This document shows, piece after piece, positions 57,988-64,000 of a stretch of 64,000 nt of DNA (within the stretch, counting starts at the first letter, position 1; each line of letters starts with the position of its first letter). This DNA is from Thermoleophilia bacterium. GTDB taxonomy: Bacteria > Actinomycetota > Thermoleophilia > Gaiellales > JAICJC01. The stretch covers positions 12,209 to 76,208 of the forward strand of contig JAICYJ010000008.1 in the NCBI GenBank assembly GCA_025934255.1. Direction: 5' to 3'. The notes beneath the pieces are model-generated. The model was not told where the DNA came from. It searched no databases and was given only the letters and a program-made list of their open reading frames with translations. The position numbers and the translations under genes are program-made.

Positions 57988-59315
57988 GCGAACCGCCCCG
58001 CCAGCGCCGGGTGCTCGGTCAGGTAGCCGTCCAGGATCCGCTCCGCCACCTCGACCGAGGGCACGAGTGGATGCAGCGCCAGCGACCGCAGGGCCTCGCG
58101 GCGCGAGCCGCTGAGGGCGGCGTCGATCGCGGCCCGCTCCGAAGCGCGCACCTGCAGGATCAGGCCCTTGGCCTCCATCGGGACGTCGCCGACCGCCACC
58201 GGTACGACCCCGCCCGGCCCCACCAGGCACGGCACCTCCACCACCGCCCGTTCGTCCAGGAACGGCATGCTCGAGCGGTTGGCCGTGTTCAGGATCATCA
58301 CCCGCGGCCGCGCGTTGACCATCGCATCCACGATCTGCAGGGCGACGCCGCCGTAGCCGCCGGGCTCCCGGGCGGCGCTCACCTCCGCCATCTCGACGCC
58401 CCGCGACGACCAGGCCTCGGCCATGTAGGACGCCTCGCGGGCCGAGTTCGCGGCCTTCCAGCGCGTCAGCGCGTCGCCGTTGCCTTCGTAGAAGATGCTC
58501 TGCTGGGCGAGCAGCACCGTGGCGCGCAGATTGCCGGCCCGCATCGATGCGAGCGCCTCGTGCTCGAAGTAGTAGTAGTAGAGGTACTCGTTGGGCAGCA
58601 TCCCGACGGCACGCAGCCACTCGCCGCCGAACAGGCGGCCCTCCTCGAACCCGGCCAGCCGGTCATCGTCGGCCAGCAGCCCCGGCAGCAGGTCGCGCTC
58701 GCGGTGGCGCACCGCGCGCAACCAGCCCAGGTGGTTGATGCCGAAGTAGTCGAACCACAGCTGGTCGACCGGCATGCGAAGCGCGGTTGCGACCCGCTGG
58801 CACATGTCCCCAGGAGCGTCGCAGATGCCGACCACGCGATCTCCGAGCACCCGCTGCAGCGCCTCGGTGACCAGGCCGGCGGGGTTGGTGAAGTTGATGA
58901 ACAGGGCATCCGGCGCGTGCCGGGCGACCTGCTCGGCGATTGCTGTGGCAGCGGGCACCGTGCGCAGGGCGAACGCGATGCCACCGGCGCCGGTCGTCTC
59001 CTGGCCGATCGCACCGGCCTCCACGGCGATCCGTTCGTCCAGCAGCCGGCCCTCGAGGCCGCCCACGCGGATCGCGCAGTAGACGACGTCGGCGCCCTCC
59101 AGCGCGTCGCGCAGATCGGCGGTGCTGCGGTAGGCGACGCAGTCGCCCAGCTCGGCGTCGATCCCGGCCAGCACGGCGCCGATCTGCCGCAGCCGCTCCT
59201 GGTCGGGGTCGAACAGCACGACCTCGTCGAAGCGGAGCGTGCCGGACCCGGTGACGAGCGCGCGATAGATCGCCGGCGTGCGAAATCCGCCGGCTCCGAT
59301 CAGGGTGAGCTTCAC
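57984..59315 (-). CDS. GH4 6-phospho-beta-glucosidase-like
   Basis: IGAGGFR, GQETTGAGG, NFTNP, GICD, GINH, PNEYL.YY. Confidence 0.9.
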   Translation of the reverse strand: MKLTLIGAGGFRTPAIYRALVTGSGTLRFDEVVLFDPDQERLRQIGAVLAGIDAELGDCVAYRSTADLRDALEGADVVYCAIRVGGLEGRLLDERIAVEAGAIGQETTGAGGIAFALRTVPAATAIAEQVARHAPDALFINFTNPAGLVTEALQRVLGDRVVGICDAPGDMCQRVATALRMPVDQLWFDYFGINHLGWLRAVRHRERDLLPGLLADDDRLAGFEEGRLFGGEWLRAVGMLPNEYLYYYYFEHEALASMRAGNLRATVLLAQQSIFYEGNGDALTRWKAANSAREASYMAEAWSSRGVEMAEVSAAREPGGYGGVALQIVDAMVNARPRVMILNTANRSSMPFLDERAVVEVPCLVGPGGVVPVAVGDVPMEAKGLILQVRASERAAIDAALSGSRREALRSLALHPLVPSVEVAERILDGYLTEHPALAGRFA

Positions 59316-59387
59316 GACCGCCAGTAGTACCAAAACGCTGCGCAGGGCGCTGCTCGACCTCGAGCGCGTGCGCTATCCTCGCCGCCC

Positions 59388-60296
59388 ATGGGATTCGACC
59401 TTGCGGTTGCCACTCCGGCGTTCCTCGACCTCACGTTCACGGGACTGGAGGCACTGCCGGCGCTGGGCGAGGAGCGCTTCGGCAGCGACCTGCTGCGATC
59501 GCCCGGGGGAGGAGCGATCACCGCCGTTGGCGCGGCCAGGCTCGGCCTGGCGACGGCGCTGGCGTCGCCGCTGGGCGACGACGTGGCCGGCGACCTGGTG
59601 ATCGAGGTGCTGCGCGGCGACGGGATCGAGATCGTCTCGCGGAAGGCGCCGCGCACGCCCACCACCGTGGTGCTGCCGATCGGCGACGACCGCGCGATGG
59701 TGACGGTCGATCCGGGGGTGCGCTCGAGCGCGGCCGACGTGGCCGCCCTGGCGCCGCGGGCGGTGTCGGTCAACCTCGACCTGCTGTACGTGGTACCCGA
59801 CGGGGCGGCCGCATACGTCACCTGCGGCGACGACGACGCGCGGGCATTCGCCGGACGGCCGCCGGCCAAGCTGTCGGCGGCGCGGGCGCTGTTCGTGAGC
59901 GAGGGCGAGGCGCTGGCGCTGTCGGGTGCCGGCGATCTCGACGCCGCCATCGAGATGCTTGCCGACATCGTCCCGACGGTTGTCGTGACGCTGGGAGCCC
60001 GGGGCGCGGTGGCATCGGTTGAAGGGGAGCGTGTGGAGGCCGGAACGGCGCCGTTCGATGCCGTACCGGTGGTGGACGCTACCGGCGCAGGCGACCTGCT
60101 GGTGGCCGCCTACATCTGGGCCGATCAGCTGGGAGTCTCGCCTTCCGATCGGCTGCGATGGGCCGTGATCTACGCGACGCTGTCGGTCGCGACGCCCACC
60201 GCCGTGGCCGGGGCGGTCTCCCTGCAGCGTCTGCTCGAGGAGGGTGCGCGGGCGGGCCTGTCAGCGCCGGACGGGGCGGCCACGAACGTCGGCTGA
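59388..60296 (+). CDS. PfkB family carbohydrate kinase
   Basis: PGGG, VVTLG..G, DATGAGD. Confidence 0.9.
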   Translation: MGFDLAVATPAFLDLTFTGLEALPALGEERFGSDLLRSPGGGAITAVGAARLGLATALASPLGDDVAGDLVIEVLRGDGIEIVSRKAPRTPTTVVLPIGDDRAMVTVDPGVRSSAADVAALAPRAVSVNLDLLYVVPDGAAAYVTCGDDDARAFAGRPPAKLSAARALFVSEGEALALSGAGDLDAAIEMLADIVPTVVVTLGARGAVASVEGERVEAGTAPFDAVPVVDATGAGDLLVAAYIWADQLGVSPSDRLRWAVIYATLSVATPTAVAGAVSLQRLLEEGARAGLSAPDGAATNVG

Positions 60297-60720
60297 ACCG
60301 CAGCTGCTCGACCTGGCCACGGAGTTCGGCGCCCGCGCCGACCGGCGCCTGCGAGAGGAGCTGATCGGCTGGCTGGTGACGGTCACCCCGGCCGGCGCTC
60401 CGGTGCCGGTGCCGGTCTGGTTTCTGTGGGACGGCGCCGCCAGCCTCCTGATCTACAGCCGGCCGAACACCGCCAAGCTTCGCAACATCGCGGCCGGCCC
60501 GCGCGTGTCCGTGCACCTGGACGGAGACGGCGCCGGCGGCGACGTGGTGGTGGCATCCGGCCGCGCACGTCTCAGCGATGACCCGGCCGCGGACGCGGTC
60601 GACGCCTACATCGCGAAGTACGGTGGGCGGATCAGCAGGAACGGCTGGACGCCGGCGGCGTTTGCGGCCGACTACTCGGTGCCGATCCGGGTCGACGTGA
60701 CCCGGATCTCAGGTCACTGA
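60244..60720 (+). CDS. PPOX class (F420-dependent-like) oxidoreductase
   Basis: IGWL.TV..G.P.PVPVWF.W, KLRNI; true start unclear, likely near 60290. Confidence 0.8.
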   Translation: MRGRACQRRTGRPRTSAEPQLLDLATEFGARADRRLREELIGWLVTVTPAGAPVPVPVWFLWDGAASLLIYSRPNTAKLRNIAAGPRVSVHLDGDGAGGDVVVASGRARLSDDPAADAVDAYIAKYGGRISRNGWTPAAFAADYSVPIRVDVTRISGH

Positions 60721-60793
60721 CGGCCACTCCAGCGGATCACGGCCGTGCAACGCCCGGTGACGCCGGCGTGCCGGTATGCCCGCACGGCGCGGT

Positions 60794-60917
60794 CGGTGTT
60801 TGACTCCAATAATTGGGCCGAGGCCCTGTTCTCCACAAATCGCTGTCACGGGCGTCTGACGTACCTGTGTCGGATGCGTGCCGGAATCCCACGGAGGCCG
60901 AGGCGGTGTTTGACACC
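60794..60917. repeat. Degenerate REP-like repeats between convergent genes
   Basis: cggtgtttgac at 60794 and 60904; ggtgt-ttg-acacc palindrome 60905-60917. Confidence 0.45.
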
Positions 60918-60931
60918 TCGCGGGCCTGCCG

Positions 60932-61324
60932 TCAGGCGAGCTCGGCCAGCGCCGCCGCCAGCCGCCCCTGGTGATCGGTGTGCCACTGATCGATCTCGTC
61001 CGGCCAGACGAAGGCCGCCTCCAGCGACTCATCCGATGTCTGCAGATCGCCGCCGTCGAGGGTGCATCCGAAGGTGTAGTGGACGCTCGCCGGCCGCTGC
61101 TCGGTGTTCAGCAGCCGTGGCGCCGAGACCTGCAGCCCCGTCTCCTCCGCGACCTCCCGCACCACGGCCTGCTCCGGCGTCTCACCCGGATCGACCCACC
61201 CACCGGGCATCGCCCAGCGTCCATCATCGGCCCTGCGCACGAGCAGCACGCGGCCGCGCGCGTCTCTCACCAGCGCATCCGCCCCCTCACGTCGCTGGGG
61301 GCTCGCGGCGGGCTGGGAGCACAT
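60932..61324 (-). CDS. NUDIX hydrolase
   Basis: GG.VDPGETPEQAVVREVAEETG Nudix box. Confidence 0.9.
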   Translation of the reverse strand: MCSQPAASPQRREGADALVRDARGRVLLVRRADDGRWAMPGGWVDPGETPEQAVVREVAEETGLQVSAPRLLNTEQRPASVHYTFGCTLDGGDLQTSDESLEAAFVWPDEIDQWHTDHQGRLAAALAELA

Positions 61325-61408
61325 GCGCGGATGCTACGTGCAATGCGTCCCCAAGAATCAGCTGGTGAATGTTGGACAATCCGGGCGGCCGCCCCCAGAA
61401 TGAGAGGG

Positions 61409-63775
61409 ATGCTGACTCCCTCTTCGCGGCCGCTGGTCGCCGCGCTCTCGTTGCTTGTGCTCGTTTCCGGCTCCGGAGCCGCCGCGGCCAGCACCCGGCC
61501 ACCCGTCACGCCAACCCTGCGAGCGGTGCCCGGCAGCGCCCTACCGGCCCTGCGCGGAGCCGCCCGGGTTGCGCCAACAGCGGCCGCGCGGCCGATCGAC
61601 GTGACCGTGTCGCTGAAACCGCGAAACGCCTCGCTGCTGGCCTATCGCGCACGCACCTCCAGCGGCTCGAAGCCGCTGACCGCACCCCAGCTGCGGTCGC
61701 TGTTCGCGCCCAGCCCGGACGACCGGGCGGCGGTCGTGGCCTACATGCGCGGACACGGTCTGCGCCTGGAGCACTCGGGCCTGCTGACGCTCAGCTTCCA
61801 CGGCAGCGCGGACGCCGTCTCGCGCGCCTTCCACGTCGGCCTGTCCAGCTACCGCGGAGCAGACGGCCACGTGTTCCGCGCCCCCGACGCCGCGGTGCGG
61901 CTGCCGGTCGCGATCTCGCCACTGGTGTCATCGGTCACCGGCCTGGACACCGCCACCAAGCTCCAGAGCCTGGCCACCGGGCCGGAGCTCACGCCGCACA
62001 CGACCGTCCCGACGCCGTCCTGCTCTGGCCCCAACCACGCCAAGAGCCTCTACGGCGGCTACCTGCCCGGCGACCTGGCCACCGCGTACAACCACCGCTC
62101 CCTGATCCAGGACGGGTACGACGGCAGCAATGAGTCGATCGCGCTGGTCGAGTTCTCCAACTTCAAGGCCTCCGACATCTCGTCGTTCAAGTCCTGCTTC
62201 ACGCTGACCACCCCGGTGCACACCCACCGCATCAACGGCGGCAGCAACACGATGAGCGGGGCGATCGAAGCCAACCTCGACATCGAGGTGGCGATGTCCA
62301 ACGCGCCCGGCCTCTCCAGCGTCGAGGTCTACACGGCGCCCAACAACATCGCCCAGATCCTGCCCATGGTCGACCAGATGACGAGCAACGCAGGCTTGAC
62401 CGACACCTACATCGTCAGCGACAGCTGGGGCCTCTGCGAGGACGCGCTGCCGCCGTCCTTCCTGCAGGCCGAGTCGTACCAGCTGCAGCTGGCGGCGGCC
62501 GCCGGCATCTCGTTCTACGCCGCATCCGGCGACTCGGGATCCAGCGACTGCGAGTCACTGAACCCCAAGGACACGAACCTCGTGGTCGACGACCCGGCAT
62601 CCCAGCCGTTCGTGACAGGCGTCGGCGGCACCACGCTGCACTCGGCCAGCGACGTCGCCGGCAGCACCGCCTGGAAGCACGGCGGCGGCGGAATCTCCCG
62701 CATCTGGCCGCAACCCACCTACCAGAGCGGCAACCCCCATCGCAGCTACGACAGCGGCACCAAGTGCGGCAACCCCACCGGCTACTGCCGGCAGGTGCCA
62801 GACATAGCGCTCGACGCCAACCCCAACACCGGCTACATCATCGAGTGCACCTCGACCGCCTCGGGCTGCAGGAGCGGCGTCCCCTGGTTCCCGATCGGCG
62901 GCACCAGTGCCGGCGCGCCGCTGATGGCCGCCATCACGGCGGACGCGAACACCTACTCGCTGGCGCACGGCCGCCAGCGGATGGGATTCGCGAACCCGCT
63001 GCTCTACAGCGACCCGAGCCTGTTCTGGGACATCACCCAGGGCTCCAACAGCATCAACGGCTCGGGCCTCTACAAGGCCCGGGTCGGCTACGACCCCGCC
63101 ACCGGGCTGGGCTCGCCCAAGGCCGACGCGCTGGCGACGGCCCTGGCGGCGTTCACGCCCGTGGTGCCCAACCCGGACGGCACCAACCTCAACATCACCG
63201 CCCCCACCACCACCAAGACGGTCAAGTACGGGCGGCAGGTCACCCTCGCCGGCACGCTCACCGACTCGAGCGACGCGCCGATCGCGAACCGCCGGGTCTA
63301 CGTCGAGCTGCGCGAGGGCAACAGCATCTTCTGGTACCGCGACCAGACCGACTCGAGCGGCGTCTGGAGCTTCGCGCTCACCAGCCAGTTGCGGCGCAAC
63401 CTCAGCTGGCAGGCGGTCTTCCCCGGCTCGGACACGCAGCAAGGCCTGACGGTGGCGGGCACCACCATCCACGTGATCCCGCGCCTGGGCTCGAAGGCGT
63501 CACGCACCAGCGTCCCCCGCGGCACGTCGTTCACCTTCGGCGGCAAATCGGCGCCGAACATGCACGGCGCCCGGGTACGCCTGCAGGTGCGGCGCAAGAC
63601 CAGCGGCGCCTGGCGCACGATCGCCACCGTCGCCGTGAACCGACGCGGCGGCTACTCGCGCAAGCTCCACTTCACCAGCCCGGGGGCGGCGTACCTGCGC
63701 TGGAGCTACGCCGGTGGCGCATCGCACGCCTGGATGAGCGCCACCTCGCGCTCCCGGCGCGTCGCCATCACCTAG
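61409..63775 (+). CDS. Secreted S53 (sedolisin/kumamolisin) peptidase with propeptide and C-terminal beta-sandwich domains
   Basis: Signal peptide; EANLD, SGDSG, GGTSA, YDPATGLGSP. Confidence 0.92.
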   Translation: MLTPSSRPLVAALSLLVLVSGSGAAAASTRPPVTPTLRAVPGSALPALRGAARVAPTAAARPIDVTVSLKPRNASLLAYRARTSSGSKPLTAPQLRSLFAPSPDDRAAVVAYMRGHGLRLEHSGLLTLSFHGSADAVSRAFHVGLSSYRGADGHVFRAPDAAVRLPVAISPLVSSVTGLDTATKLQSLATGPELTPHTTVPTPSCSGPNHAKSLYGGYLPGDLATAYNHRSLIQDGYDGSNESIALVEFSNFKASDISSFKSCFTLTTPVHTHRINGGSNTMSGAIEANLDIEVAMSNAPGLSSVEVYTAPNNIAQILPMVDQMTSNAGLTDTYIVSDSWGLCEDALPPSFLQAESYQLQLAAAAGISFYAASGDSGSSDCESLNPKDTNLVVDDPASQPFVTGVGGTTLHSASDVAGSTAWKHGGGGISRIWPQPTYQSGNPHRSYDSGTKCGNPTGYCRQVPDIALDANPNTGYIIECTSTASGCRSGVPWFPIGGTSAGAPLMAAITADANTYSLAHGRQRMGFANPLLYSDPSLFWDITQGSNSINGSGLYKARVGYDPATGLGSPKADALATALAAFTPVVPNPDGTNLNITAPTTTKTVKYGRQVTLAGTLTDSSDAPIANRRVYVELREGNSIFWYRDQTDSSGVWSFALTSQLRRNLSWQAVFPGSDTQQGLTVAGTTIHVIPRLGSKASRTSVPRGTSFTFGGKSAPNMHGARVRLQVRRKTSGAWRTIATVAVNRRGGYSRKLHFTSPGAAYLRWSYAGGASHAWMSATSRSRRVAIT

Positions 63776-63816
63776 GCGGTCGATTCCACGAGCTGCGGCG
63801 CGGCTAGTGTTGGCCC

Positions 63817-64000
63817 ATGCCACGGACGGTCGACCATGACCGCGCCCGGCGGATCGCCGTTCGCGCGCAGCTCCTCGACGGATCGGCGGCCGGCGTCCTG
63901 GACACGGTGCGGCGCCTGGGCTTCCTCCAGATCGACCCGATCGCGACCGTTGCGACGCCGCAGGAGCTGGTGCTGTGGAGCCGGCTGGGAGCGTTCGACC
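63817..64000 (+). CDS. YcaQ/AlkZ-like winged-helix DNA glycosylase, 3' end outside window
   Basis: ARRIAVRAQ.L...LGFLQIDPI..V...LWSRLG (QxD motif). Confidence 0.8.
   Translation, partial: MPRTVDHDRARRIAVRAQLLDGSAAGVLDTVRRLGFLQIDPIATVATPQELVLWSRLGAFD

Overview
High-GC actinobacterial chromosomal segment; gene content and leaderless promoters suggest Thermoleophilia/Gaiellales-like, which is inference. It holds about 65 CDS and one tRNA-Met(CAT), with no rRNA or CRISPR array. Most genes are accessory metabolism and regulation: MFS/TetR, VOC proteins, two sugar ABC systems with GH4/GH38/PfkB enzymes, amine oxidases, a partner-switching module, and S53 and M42 peptidases. Main points of interest: (1) a decayed island of about 6.5 kb abutting the tRNA-Met 3' end, with no integrase but a large Zn-finger DDE transposase coupled to a truncated repeat-like protein, an ATPase-PD-(D/E)xK nuclease, and a twice-repeated structured non-coding element; (2) a 145-bp mosaic of palindromes phased at exactly 31 bp; (3) a membrane receptor cyclase (cyclase-TM-propeller-SBP5) with a Glu at the base-selecting position; (4) a LysA-like decarboxylase-VOC fusion; (5) a Cu-amine oxidase-SDR-GH4 operon; (6) an ArsR-controlled transketolase-like operon. 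Two single-base losses in G/C runs look like assembly errors. All family calls come from visual motif recognition, not database searches.
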